64,000 nt of DNA from Desulfarculaceae bacterium (GTDB taxonomy: Bacteria > Desulfobacterota > Desulfocorpusculales > Desulfocorpusculum): positions 69,383-133,382 of the forward strand of contig JBBIOJ010000007.1 in NCBI GenBank assembly GCA_037443445.1. Reading direction: 5' to 3'. The notes below the pieces were generated by a model. It saw only the letters and a program-made list of their open reading frames with translations, ran no database searches and was not told the origin of the DNA. This document shows, piece after piece, positions 48,115 to 58,022 of this stretch (position 1 is the first letter of the stretch; every line of letters starts with the position of its first letter). The position numbers and the translations under genes are program-made.

Positions 48115-49860
48115 ATGGAAGAAAGGATCTGGCACAAGCATAAGTGGCCCGAAGGGGTGCCGTGGGATATCCAGGTTCCGGATGTTCCACTGTATGAGCT
48201 CTTGGAGGAGACGGTGCGCAGTTACGGTGACTTGACCTACACCATATTCCAGGACTCATCCCGCACTTTCCGGCAGGTCAACGAGATGGCAAACATGGTG
48301 GCCAATTTCCTGGTTTCCAAGGGTGTGAGAAAAGGGGACAGGGTGGCCATCTTCTTTCCCAACTTGCCCCAATACCCGATTCTGTTTTTCGGGATCCTCA
48401 AAAGCGGGGCCACATGCGTGACCTGCAATCCCATGTACACAGCAGGGGAGCTCAATTTTCAACTGAGGGACTCCGGGGCAAGAGGAGTCTTTGTGATGGA
48501 TCATCCCCAGTTCTATTCCACTGCCTGCAAGGCTGTGGAAGGCACCCAGGTGGAGTTTGTGGTGTACTGCAATGTAAAGCCTTTCCTTCCCACCCTGAAG
48601 GGCTTTCTGGGGGGGCTTCTGGGTAAGATCCCCAAGGCAGGGGCATACCAGGCGGGACACATCTCTCTGGAGCAGGCTCTCTCGGGGCAGTCTTCCAGCC
48701 CCCCCAGGGTATCCATGGATCCCAAGGAAGACCTGGCACTAATCCTGTACACAGGAGGCACCACCGGAGTTCCCAAGGGGGCTTGCCTGACCCACTCCAA
48801 CTTCATGGCCAACGTGCTGGCCTTGGAGGAATGGATGAGGGTGGAACCCGCCCCAGGAGAAAAGCCCAGGAAGCTGGAAAAGGGAGGGAAGCACTGTTTC
48901 ATGGGAGTCTTGCCATGGTACCACAGCTACGGTTTGACCCTGACCATGCTGAGTGCGGTGAGACTTGCTGCGCGCCTTGTATGCGTGCCGGACCCCAGGG
49001 CCGGGAACCCACCTTTCACGGAAGTGCTGAGGCTAATAGAGCATCACAAGGCTACCTTGCTCCATGCGGTGCCTACTCTGTACAGCGTTTTGGTGAACCA
49101 TCCGCTGGTCAAGAAGTTCGACCTGAGCTCCATAGTGGCCTGCGCCTCCGGGGCTGCTCCACTTCCCGTGGAGCTGGCCAGACAGTTCGAGGAGAAGACA
49201 GGAGCCGTGATCTTCGAAGGATACGGGCTTTCGGAAACATCCCCTGTGACTCACGTAAATCCCACCAACCGAAAGGACCGCAAGTTTGGCTCCATAGGAT
49301 TGCCCATCCCGGGCACTGACATAAAGATCCTGGATGTGGATACTGGAACCAAAGAGCTTCCCTTGGGAGAGGACGGGGAGATAGCAGTGAGCGGACCGCA
49401 GGTCATGAAGGGCTATTGGAACAGGCCAGAGGAAAACGAGCTGGTCTTCAGGGTCATGGACGGGAAGCGCTTTTTCCTGACCGGGGATATAGGCCACATG
49501 GATGAGGAGGGCTTCACCGTCATCACGGACCGCAAAAAGGACATGATAGATGTTGGGGGACTGAAGGCCTATCCCAGGGAAATCGAGGAGGTGCTTTACG
49601 GGCACCCCAAGGTGGCCAATGCAGCTGTGGTGGGGGTGCCAGACGAGAAATCAGGTCAGGCTGTAAAAGCCTTTATCCAGCTAAAGCCAGGCCAGACAGC
49701 CACGGCAGAGGAGATAATCGAATATTGCAGGGACAAGATGGCCGGATACAAGAGACCCAGGTACGTGGAGTTCAGAGAGGCCCTTCCCATGACAACTGTG
49801 GGAAAGATCCTGAGACGTCAGCTAAGAGATGAGGAATGGTCCAAGCTCAGGAAGACCTGA
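48115..49860 (+). CDS. long-chain fatty acid--CoA ligase (AMP-binding family)
   Basis: AMP-binding motifs YTGGTTGVPKGA, GYGLSETS, TGDIG; about 580 aa. Confidence 0.85.
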   Translation: MEERIWHKHKWPEGVPWDIQVPDVPLYELLEETVRSYGDLTYTIFQDSSRTFRQVNEMANMVANFLVSKGVRKGDRVAIFFPNLPQYPILFFGILKSGATCVTCNPMYTAGELNFQLRDSGARGVFVMDHPQFYSTACKAVEGTQVEFVVYCNVKPFLPTLKGFLGGLLGKIPKAGAYQAGHISLEQALSGQSSSPPRVSMDPKEDLALILYTGGTTGVPKGACLTHSNFMANVLALEEWMRVEPAPGEKPRKLEKGGKHCFMGVLPWYHSYGLTLTMLSAVRLAARLVCVPDPRAGNPPFTEVLRLIEHHKATLLHAVPTLYSVLVNHPLVKKFDLSSIVACASGAAPLPVELARQFEEKTGAVIFEGYGLSETSPVTHVNPTNRKDRKFGSIGLPIPGTDIKILDVDTGTKELPLGEDGEIAVSGPQVMKGYWNRPEENELVFRVMDGKRFFLTGDIGHMDEEGFTVITDRKKDMIDVGGLKAYPREIEEVLYGHPKVANAAVVGVPDEKSGQAVKAFIQLKPGQTATAEEIIEYCRDKMAGYKRPRYVEFREALPMTTVGKILRRQLRDEEWSKLRKT

Positions 49861-50077
49861 AAAGGAGTATTCCCCAAGGCCGAGCAGGCTGGGGGCTTGG
49901 CCCCCCCCCAACCTCTTCACAAGAAAAGCCCTGGCTTGAGATCTGCGCCCGGGGAGAGATCTTATGGGATGACCTACCAGACGCACCGGGGGTAGTGGAT
50001 CGGGCTTTGGGGTCTTGTACCTGGTGGGGTCTTGGCCCGTCCTGGTGAGGGAGAAGAGACCGATTTCCTCTCTCCCC

Positions 50078-50668
50078 TCAAAGCCTCGGCCAGTGCCACC
50101 AATCCTTGGGATCAGCTTCCATGCAGGCCTGGGCAAGAGCCCTGGCCGAGGCAGTCTTGAGCCTGGAGGCTGTGTTGTTGATCCACTCCTGTACCGAGGA
50201 GCAGCCCTGGGCCTGGTATTCCCTTGCCTGGATCAAGCATTCCAGAAGATCGGCATCTCTTGCCACCACTGCCTCACGGGATTCCCCAGATTCCCAATCC
50301 TTGAACAAGGAGTTTAGCTCCAGGCTACACTTCTCTGGAAGGCAGGCCAGTTGCTCGGCCAAAGCCATTCTTTGAGCCTGGGTTGAGTCCAGATAACGCT
50401 CATTGAGCCGGTGAAGGTCTCCTATGCGAGTCTCCGGGAGATCGTGCAGAATGCAAATGGCGGCTGTGCGAAGAGGATCGGCCCCCTCCATGAGAGCCAA
50501 CACATATCCCAGGAGGGCTGTCCTGAAGCTGTGCTCGGCCACGCTCTCCGGGTCTTTCACGCCCGCCACCCACCAACCGCTTCTCTTTATTCTCTTGAGA
50601 AGACCCGCCTCGTAGAAGAATCTAGCCAGATCCTCCATCAGCCCCATCACCTCATTTCTTTGTCCCAA
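50078..50668 (-). CDS. HD-domain phosphohydrolase (YfbR-like)
   Basis: HD motif (AEHSFRTA...ICILHDLPE..IGD); 196 aa. Confidence 0.7.
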   Translation of the reverse strand: MGQRNEVMGLMEDLARFFYEAGLLKRIKRSGWWVAGVKDPESVAEHSFRTALLGYVLALMEGADPLRTAAICILHDLPETRIGDLHRLNERYLDSTQAQRMALAEQLACLPEKCSLELNSLFKDWESGESREAVVARDADLLECLIQAREYQAQGCSSVQEWINNTASRLKTASARALAQACMEADPKDWWHWPRL

Positions 50669-50791
50669 ATGTTCTCCCGCTCAAAAAAAAGGAACCACGG
50701 CCTTCAGTCCAATGCTTCACCTGGCCCCAGAGGCTGGGTCCCATTGTGTTCACAAGAGCCCAACCTACTAGGTCTGGAAGAATAGTCCGGC

Positions 50792-52762
50792 TCAACGCGC
50801 TTTGAGCAGGTTACGCAGCGTCTCCTTGAGATCCTTGCTTGAGGGCAGGGAGAGATGGAGTTTCCCTTCCCCTTTTTTCCTGATCCCGGCCAGATCAGGG
50901 TGGAACTTGGGATGGGAGAAGCTTCCATCCACCCAAAATGGTATAACCAAACCCGCGCCCTGCTGGCCCTCCTTCTGAGAGGCTAACTCTGGCTCCAGCC
51001 GAAAGTCCAGGGACCTCTCCCAAAGATTGGCTTGCCCTGCTGCCAGTACTTTCAAATCCTGGTTCTGCATGGAGGCTTTGGAAACTTTCAAGAGCCCCTC
51101 CGCCAATTCCAGGTGGGTCTCCAGGCGGGAAAAAGGGGTCCTGGGTGGGGTTCCATGTTTTTGTTCTTTGCTGCCACCCAGGCCCAGGGAACGTGATATC
51201 CTGGCCAGGTCTACCCCATTTATACTGCCTTCTGTTATCAGGAGCTCAGCCTCCCCCCTCCAGTTCAAGGCGGCCCTATCCAAGTCCCCTTCCCACGGCC
51301 CCTCCAGAAACCAGCTGCCACTCACCTCTCCTTCCAGGAAAGAGGTATTACCCAGCCTTTTTAAGAGGGGCCCCACCCGCACAGAGCGGGTGCTCAAATC
51401 CAAACGCATGTAAGGGGGCTGTGACTCATCCAACTTCACAAAGCCGCTGCCCCATAGTTCTCCCCCCTCTAGTCGAGCCCTTATTTCCTCAAGTTCCAGA
51501 ACCCCATCAGAGAACTTGTAAGAGGCTTGCAGCTCTTCCATGGGCTGGGATCTCAGAAGCACTCGATGGATTCTGGCCGAACCTTTCAAGGGAAACAAGA
51601 ATATGGCTTGACTCAAAGAAGGAGCTCGGGCCTTGGAATGCTCCCTGTGGCCTCGGGCTGATGTGGTGCTCTTTTCCTTGGAGGCGCTCGGCCTGCTCTG
51701 GTTAAGGTTCAACTCCAGCTCTTCCGTTTCCAAATTCAGCTCTAGGAACGGGTAGGTTCCCTTTGCCCAGGCCATGGAAAGCCGGATCAGGAGCTCGTCA
51801 GCCCTAAGCTCTCCTTGCTGAACCTGGAAAGAGCCTTTGGAGAAAAGAAGGTCTCCCCGGAAGGAGACCTGATTCCAGCTCTTGAGAAGGCCGCCTGCGG
51901 AACCCATTCCCATTGCCAGAAGAACTGGCTGAAGAGGGAAGGGCTCCACATTCACCTGCAGGTGGGCCTCGGGGGAGTGCTCCACGGTTTGGACCCGGCC
52001 CCTCAGGGATCCCCTGAGCCTCCCTCCCACCTGGCAGACAAGCTCAAGGAGCATGATCTTTTCGGCCGAGCCCTTTTCCTTGTGGGTCTTGAGGCTGCCT
52101 TCCATGGAAAAGCCGCGCCCCTGCAAGTCTCCCTGTGCCTTTATGGACTGTGATCCATCTGAGGAGGGTTCTGTTAACTGAAGGCTCAAGTTTCTCATGT
52201 GGGCCAGCCTCTGGTTGTGCTGGTCCACCCAAAGCAGGTCGGCTTCTGAAATCCCGAGTTGGGTGCCGGGCAAGGAGGCCAGGAAAGGGATTCCAAATCT
52301 TAATCTTGCAGTTCTGTGGGGTTGAGCAATATCTGATCCCTCGGGTCTTGTGCCCTTGCTCGGGGATTGCAGCGAGCTGAAATCTCCCTCCTCCCTGTCC
52401 ATCTCCAGGACCAAGTGCAGACCCTGGATGGCCACAATGCTTGGTTTCAGGCCCACATGCAAGATCTGGCCAAATCTGGCTTGGGCTTCCAAGGAGTCTA
52501 TTCTGAGCAGGTCCTTGACATTGGATCCATCTGGTGCCGGAACATGCAACCCCGAGAGCCGGAGCTTCAGGGCCGGCAGAACCGAGATGCTCACAGGCCC
52601 TTCTATCAAGACGGGCCGACCCAGACTTCGGGAAACCCATTGCTCAAGCTGCTGCCTGAAAATGGAGCTCTCAAGGAGCATGGGTATGAAGACCAGGATC
52701 GAAATAGCCAAAACTCCGCAAAGTGCCGCCAACACTACCATCAAGAAAGAGCCTTTGCTCAT
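50792..52762 (-). CDS. AsmA family protein (outer-membrane assembly / lipid transport-like)
   Basis: N-terminal TM anchor MVVLAALCGVLAISILVF followed by a long beta-rich region; 656 aa. Confidence 0.55.
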   Translation of the reverse strand: MSKGSFLMVVLAALCGVLAISILVFIPMLLESSIFRQQLEQWVSRSLGRPVLIEGPVSISVLPALKLRLSGLHVPAPDGSNVKDLLRIDSLEAQARFGQILHVGLKPSIVAIQGLHLVLEMDREEGDFSSLQSPSKGTRPEGSDIAQPHRTARLRFGIPFLASLPGTQLGISEADLLWVDQHNQRLAHMRNLSLQLTEPSSDGSQSIKAQGDLQGRGFSMEGSLKTHKEKGSAEKIMLLELVCQVGGRLRGSLRGRVQTVEHSPEAHLQVNVEPFPLQPVLLAMGMGSAGGLLKSWNQVSFRGDLLFSKGSFQVQQGELRADELLIRLSMAWAKGTYPFLELNLETEELELNLNQSRPSASKEKSTTSARGHREHSKARAPSLSQAIFLFPLKGSARIHRVLLRSQPMEELQASYKFSDGVLELEEIRARLEGGELWGSGFVKLDESQPPYMRLDLSTRSVRVGPLLKRLGNTSFLEGEVSGSWFLEGPWEGDLDRAALNWRGEAELLITEGSINGVDLARISRSLGLGGSKEQKHGTPPRTPFSRLETHLELAEGLLKVSKASMQNQDLKVLAAGQANLWERSLDFRLEPELASQKEGQQGAGLVIPFWVDGSFSHPKFHPDLAGIRKKGEGKLHLSLPSSKDLKETLRNLLKAR

Positions 52763-53463
52763 GAGATAGCCTTCTTGGGGCCGCGGCCGGAAGGTTCAAC
52801 CCCTTTGAAATTCCGCGAGCCTTCCACGTGTGTCTTGTGTAAAGGCTTGCTCCAGCTCTCTCCAAAGAACAGAGGAAGCTCTCCTATGCAGACCGGTCCC
52901 ACCCTGACCTGCCACCCGCCTTGTTCTTCCAGGGGACCCTTCAGCTGGGCTGCCAGCCCCGGGATTATCAGTTCCCTGTGGGAGAGCACCGATTCCAGCC
53001 TTGAATCAACAGCAGCCCTCAAGATCGCCTCAATAGTGAAGGTCTTGTAAATCATGGCCATGTCCACTGTGTGGCCCTTGGAGTCCACGAAAAGCACGTG
53101 AAAAGGGGCGTCGGTAGTGGAAAGCACTGCCAAGAGCACCTCCTGGGTCTGAACAGCATTGCCTGTCACAAGCACTGGAGAGTCCGCTCCGGGGGAGTTC
53201 ACCTCCAGTCTGCCTGTCTGGCCCGGAAGGGGATGTTGAGTCACATCCACCTGTGGGAGAAGCTGCCCCAGGGAGAGAAAAACCTCAAGGGCGTGGGTCC
53301 GGCCTCTGCCCAAGGAGGGGCATTCCTGAGCTCTTGCTTTTCCTGAGCGCAGCTTCTCGAGCCATTCCGAGCAAGATGAGTAACCGCACTTTCTGCAGTC
53401 CGCAGGGCTCAGGTAACGAAGAGGATCTGCCCTGTGGAGGTAAAGGTCTGCCTTCAGGCTCAC
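52759..53463 (-). CDS. Fe-S cluster domain protein with AcsC/RnfB-type CX2CX4CX16CP motif, function unknown
   Basis: LSPADCRKCGYSSCSEWLEKLRSGKARAQECP matches the N-terminal 4Fe-4S motif of the CFeSP large subunit and of RnfB; the C-terminal about 170 aa is unrecognised. Confidence 0.55.
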   Translation of the reverse strand: MSLKADLYLHRADPLRYLSPADCRKCGYSSCSEWLEKLRSGKARAQECPSLGRGRTHALEVFLSLGQLLPQVDVTQHPLPGQTGRLEVNSPGADSPVLVTGNAVQTQEVLLAVLSTTDAPFHVLFVDSKGHTVDMAMIYKTFTIEAILRAAVDSRLESVLSHRELIIPGLAAQLKGPLEEQGGWQVRVGPVCIGELPLFFGESWSKPLHKTHVEGSRNFKGVEPSGRGPKKAIS

Positions 53464-53632
53464 GGAGAACCTCTCTGTTTGGGCTGCCTTTCAGGTGCCC
53501 TTCTTGGGATGCTAGGTTCCTTAGCCTAAAGTGTCAAGAAGGCCCCGGAGCTTGACACCCGCAGGCGGTTTTCCTTAAGATCCGCCAGAGTGCCTGGGCA
53601 CTGCAATCACAGAGTGGCTGACCGGGTCTGAC

Positions 53633-54430
53633 ATGGGTGGTTTGATCACCTTGATCACGGATTTCGGAACCTCGGATTGGTACGTGGCTTCCATGAAGGG
53701 TGTGATCTTGAGGAAACATCCTGATTGCACCATAGTGGACATCACCCATGAAATCCCCCCCGGGCAACTGTTCCACGGGGCCTGGGTGCTGAGGCAGGCC
53801 TTCGGTCATTTCCCCATAGGCACGGTGCACCTGGTGGTGGTAGATCCGGGAGTTGGCACCTCCAGGGCTGCCCTGGCTGCCAGGGCCGGCGGCTTTTTCT
53901 TCCTGGGCCCGGACAATGGTGTGCTGAGTCTGGCCCTGGGGTTGCATCCCGAGGCGGAGGTCAGAAGCATCCAGAGCCAGGAGATAATGTTGCAGCCTGT
54001 GAGCTCAACTTTCCACGGCAGGGATGTGTTTGCGCCAGCGGCGGCCTACCTGGCAGCCGGTGGGGAATTGTCCGCTTTGGGACCAGAGCTGGAAGGCTGG
54101 GTCAGGCTAGAGCAGGCTGGTGTGAGCCGGGGAGGGGGGTTTGTGGAGGGACGGATTGTATATCTGGACCGTTTTGGAAACGGGATTACAAACATAGCCG
54201 AAGAGGACTTGAGGGGAATTCCCATGGGGAAAGGGCTGAGGATTCTGGTGGGTGACTTCCTGGTTCTGGATTCCCTCAAGAAAACCTACGGGGAGGCCCT
54301 TCCAGGTGAACCGCTGGCCTTGGTGGGCAGCTCTGGTTTCCTGGAGATTGCAGTGAGGGGAGCAAGCGCCAAGGACAAGCTGGGCCTTCAGGCCGGGGCA
54401 ACCGAGGTGGTAGTGCAGGTTATTCAATGA
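53633..54430 (+). CDS. SAM hydroxide adenosyltransferase family protein (SAM hydrolase, DUF62)
   Basis: N-terminal LITLITDFGTSDWYVASMKGVIL characteristic of the family; about 265 aa. Confidence 0.75.
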   Translation: MGGLITLITDFGTSDWYVASMKGVILRKHPDCTIVDITHEIPPGQLFHGAWVLRQAFGHFPIGTVHLVVVDPGVGTSRAALAARAGGFFFLGPDNGVLSLALGLHPEAEVRSIQSQEIMLQPVSSTFHGRDVFAPAAAYLAAGGELSALGPELEGWVRLEQAGVSRGGGFVEGRIVYLDRFGNGITNIAEEDLRGIPMGKGLRILVGDFLVLDSLKKTYGEALPGEPLALVGSSGFLEIAVRGASAKDKLGLQAGATEVVVQVIQ

Positions 54431-55365
54431 AATTGAGACCGCAGGACCTGGTGACCCTGGTCTATCTTGGGTGCGTGGGGTCCTTGATCATAATATTCCA
54501 TGGGCGGGTGGAGCAGGCCTGGTTCCATATTCTGCTCCACATGGCCTGGATAGGGGCAGTAATTGGGCTGGTCTGGAAGTCCCGCCAGAGCCGCTCCAGG
54601 TTTTGGTTACATCTGGGAACATGGTACCATCTCCTTAGCATCCCTCTGGCCTTCAGGGAACTTCACTACCTGGTCCACCCCATCAATCCCAGAGATCTGG
54701 ACGGGCTCTTTGTCAAATGGGATATGGCCTTGTTTGGCGTGCACCCAACGCTCTGGCTTGAAGGCATCATGCATCCTGTTCTCACAGAGTACTTACAGAT
54801 CGTTTACAGCACCTTTTATTTTCTTCCCATTGTGCTGGGTCTGCTGCTGTGGCGGAGGCGCAACTGGGAAGGTTTCCAAGCTGCAATGGTGGGGGTTGTG
54901 ACAGCCTTCTACCTTTCCTACCTGGGCTATTTTGCCTTTCCTGCCCTGGGGCCCCGTTTTGAGATAGCCCACCTTCAAAGCCGCCCTTTGGAGGGGCTTT
55001 GGTTGACTCACTGGATCCGGGACTGCCTGGACGAACTGGAGCTGTTGCAGCGGGATGCGTTCCCCAGTGGTCATGTGGGGGTGAGCCTCCTGGTGCTTTA
55101 TTATGCCTGGCGTTACTGCAAAGGAGCCTTTCCGCCTTATCTGTTGATCGTGGCAAGCCTTGTTTTCAGCACAGTGTACCTCCGTTATCACTACGTGGTG
55201 GATGTCCTGGCTGGGGTGTTGCTGGCTCTGGTCTCAGGCTGGCTGGCCCACCTGTTGAGGAGGCTGATGGGGGAGGATTTGTTACCCTGGGCTGTCTCCC
55301 AGCCCGAGACGGGAGAGAAATCCACAAAGGAGCTCCCTCAAAGGGGAAGGTCGTACACCCTGTAA
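54427..55365 (+). CDS. PAP2-family membrane phosphatase / phosphotransferase
   Basis: Multi-TM protein; PAP2 signature elements PSGH and RYHYVVDVLAG; overlaps the preceding stop (ATGA). Confidence 0.7.
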   Translation: MKLRPQDLVTLVYLGCVGSLIIIFHGRVEQAWFHILLHMAWIGAVIGLVWKSRQSRSRFWLHLGTWYHLLSIPLAFRELHYLVHPINPRDLDGLFVKWDMALFGVHPTLWLEGIMHPVLTEYLQIVYSTFYFLPIVLGLLLWRRRNWEGFQAAMVGVVTAFYLSYLGYFAFPALGPRFEIAHLQSRPLEGLWLTHWIRDCLDELELLQRDAFPSGHVGVSLLVLYYAWRYCKGAFPPYLLIVASLVFSTVYLRYHYVVDVLAGVLLALVSGWLAHLLRRLMGEDLLPWAVSQPETGEKSTKELPQRGRSYTL

Positions 55366-56459
55366 GTCTTGTAACGGGTAGCCCCTATGGCTTCCAAAGG
55401 CCGGATCATCGCATGGTTGTCCTCCAGGATCCATGAGAACTCTCCGCGCTTGTAGCCCTTCTTGATGCCTTCCTTGAAGGTTTCGAGATACAAGATCCCG
55501 TCTATTCCCATTCTTCGGTATCCTTGGGCCACTCCCAGCAAGAGAACGCGAACCTGATCGATCTTCTTGAAGTGGTACATCAGCTTTATGAAACCCGTGG
55601 GGAAAAGCCTCCCGTTTATTTTCTTGAGAGCCTGATTGATGTCCGGCAGGGTTAGGGAGAAGCCCACTATCTTGTCCTGCACCTCTGCAAAAAAAACCAG
55701 ATCAGGATCCAGAATCCTCTTCAGTTCAGAGGCCATATGGTCGATCTCGGCCTCGGTCATGGGCACAAAACCCCAGTTCCGCTCCCAGGCCGACTCGTAA
55801 ACGGACTTGAAGCGCAGTATCTCCTCCTTGAGTTCGTCCATGCGCAGCTTTCGAAGTTTGACCCTATTCTTCTGCTTCAACCTGTCGGCCAGTCTGTAAA
55901 GGCGTTGGGGCATTTCCTGTGCAGTGCGGATAAAGGCGTAGAGGTCTTTTTCTTTTAGAAATCCGTAAGCCTCCAGAAGTTGAGCATAGTATGGCGGATT
56001 GTAAGGCATCAGTATCATGGGGCTTTCCTGGAAGCCTTCCACCAGTAACCCGATTTCCTCATTGGTGGAGAAACTAGCAGGCCCCCTCATCACCTCCATG
56101 CCCCTTTGGCGAAGCCAGGAAGAGGCCTTGTCCAGGAGGGCTTGAGAGACCTCCTCGTCCTGGAAGGATTCGAACAGTCCGAAAAACCCCACCCGGTCCT
56201 GATGGAATCTGTTGTGGTTGTGGTTCACCAAGGCGGCTATCCTGCCTGCCGGCTTCCCATCCCGCAGGGCCAGGAAAAGGGCTATGTCAGCGTGTTGGAA
56301 AAAGGGGTTTTTCTTGGGATCAATGAAGGCCTTTCGTTCCATGAGAAGAGGGGGGACCCAAAGAGGATCTCCCCTGTACACCTCCCAGGGGAACTTTACA
56401 AAGGCGTCTCTTTGCCCCCGGTTTAAGACTTGCTCCACTCGCACAGACGGCCTTGGCAT
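55338..56459 (-). CDS. large GNAT-family N-acyltransferase (candidate bacterial ceramide synthase-like)
   Basis: About 374 aa GNAT-like protein directly downstream of, and co-oriented with, the Spt-like gene. Confidence 0.5.
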   Translation of the reverse strand: MPRPSVRVEQVLNRGQRDAFVKFPWEVYRGDPLWVPPLLMERKAFIDPKKNPFFQHADIALFLALRDGKPAGRIAALVNHNHNRFHQDRVGFFGLFESFQDEEVSQALLDKASSWLRQRGMEVMRGPASFSTNEEIGLLVEGFQESPMILMPYNPPYYAQLLEAYGFLKEKDLYAFIRTAQEMPQRLYRLADRLKQKNRVKLRKLRMDELKEEILRFKSVYESAWERNWGFVPMTEAEIDHMASELKRILDPDLVFFAEVQDKIVGFSLTLPDINQALKKINGRLFPTGFIKLMYHFKKIDQVRVLLLGVAQGYRRMGIDGILYLETFKEGIKKGYKRGEFSWILEDNHAMIRPLEAIGATRYKTYRVYDLPL

Positions 56460-56535
56460 GGCTTTCCTCCCGGGCAGGCCCGAGGGTGCATCCACCCCAG
56501 AGCAGCTGAACTGAATCCCTGGTTTCCAAGGTCCT

Positions 56536-57720
56536 CTAGGAAATAACTCCCAGCTCCTTTCCCACCTTTTGAAAGGCTTCCAGGACTCTGTCCAGTTGGG
56601 AGTCCGTATGGGTGGCCATGTAACTGGTGCGCAGCAAGGCCCTTCCCGGAGGCACGGCCGGGCTTCGCACCGGGTTCACGAAGACCCCTTCTTCCAAGAG
56701 CCTTTTCCAGAAAATGAAAACCTTCATGTCATCCCCTATGATGATGGGGATGATGGGGGTCTGGGTGTTTCCTATGTCCAGCCCCATGGACCTGTACTCG
56801 CGGTGCATCCTGCGGGTGATTTCCCAGAGCCTCTCCCTTCGCTCTGGCTCTTTTTCCATTATGTCCAAAGAAGCGAGGCATGCCGCTATGGAGGCCGGGG
56901 GCATGGAGGCACTGAATATGAGAGCCCGGGATATGTGCTTTATGTAGTCTATCACCTCGGCCTTGGCCGAGACGAATCCGCCCAAGGAGGCAAAAGACTT
57001 GCTGAAGGTGCCCATGATGAGGTCCACCTGGTCTGTGATGCCGAAATAGGAGGCTGTGCCGCTTCCTTTTTCCCCCAGCACTCCTATGGAATGGGCGTCG
57101 TCCACCATGAGGCGGGCCCCGAATTCCCTGCACAAGGCCGCGATCTCAGGAAGAGGGGCAATATCCCCTTCCATGCTGAAAACCCCGTCCACCACCACCA
57201 GCCTTCCTGTACGCGGATTGGCTTTTTCCAAGGCCCTTCGAAGTCCTGCCATGTCATTGTGACGAAACCTTATGGTCCTTCCGTGGGAGAGCTGGCAGCC
57301 GTCCACTATGCTGGCGTGGTCATCATAGTCTATTATTACCGTGTCATGGCGGCCTACCAAAGCTGAAATGGTGCCCAGGTTTGTCTGGAAGCCGGTGCTG
57401 AAAACCAGGGCAGCCTCCTTGCCTGTGAACTTGGCAAGCCTTTCTTCCAACTGCACGTGCAGCTCTATGGTGCCATTCAGGAAACGTGAACCCGTGCAGC
57501 TGGTCCCAAAACGTCTCAGGGCTTCTGCTGCAGCCTCTTTGACCTTGGGATGGGTGGTAAGCCCCAGGTAGTTGTTGGAACCGATCATTATCACACGTCG
57601 GCCGTTGATGATGACCTCCGTGTCCTGCTGCGATTCTATGGGAGTGAAGTAAGGGTAATATCCAGAAGCCCTGGCTTGCTCCGCCTGGGTGAATTTCCAG
57701 CACTTCTCGAAGATGTCCAT
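56536..57720 (-). CDS. alpha-oxoamine synthase family PLP enzyme (serine palmitoyltransferase-like / 8-amino-7-oxononanoate synthase-like)
   Basis: PLP-lysine motif [14 protein letters not shown](I)G, DDHAS; 394 aa. Spt is favoured over BioF by the neighbouring genes. Confidence 0.7.
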   Translation of the reverse strand: MDIFEKCWKFTQAEQARASGYYPYFTPIESQQDTEVIINGRRVIMIGSNNYLGLTTHPKVKEAAAEALRRFGTSCTGSRFLNGTIELHVQLEERLAKFTGKEAALVFSTGFQTNLGTISALVGRHDTVIIDYDDHASIVDGCQLSHGRTIRFRHNDMAGLRRALEKANPRTGRLVVVDGVFSMEGDIAPLPEIAALCREFGARLMVDDAHSIGVLGEKGSGTASYFGITDQVDLIMGTFSKSFASLGGFVSAKAEVIDYIKHISRALIFSASMPPASIAACLASLDIMEKEPERRERLWEITRRMHREYRSMGLDIGNTQTPIIPIIIGDDMKVFIFWKRLLEEGVFVNPVRSPAVPPGRALLRTSYMATHTDSQLDRVLEAFQKVGKELGVIS

Positions 57721-58022
57721 CAGCCACTCCTTCCAGGGGGCAGGAGCGCGGGGCCCTTGCCTTAGGATCTTTCACAGCTCAGAATGTTGCTCACCCGGGC
57801 CTGCCTCACAGGGCAACCGCTCCAGTGAGGCTAGGTGGGGTAAGCTGGTGAATTCTATTCAAGGGCTGAAACTTTGTCAACGAGGGGGCTGCTCAGGAGG
57901 ATCTGCTGGGACTGAAAGACCCGCAGGCTCAACCCCTCAAGAAAGGCTTTTTTCTCAGGCATCCCTGATGCCAAGGGCTTGCAAGCTCGGGTTTCAGGCA
58001 GGCCAAAAAAGGGGGATCGGCT

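Noticed and set aside
49891-49905. Possible hairpin GGGGGC-TTG-GCCCCC after the fatty-acyl-CoA ligase stop
   Set aside because: Short stem in a G/C homopolymer tract without a downstream T-run. It may be a terminator but is too weak to call.
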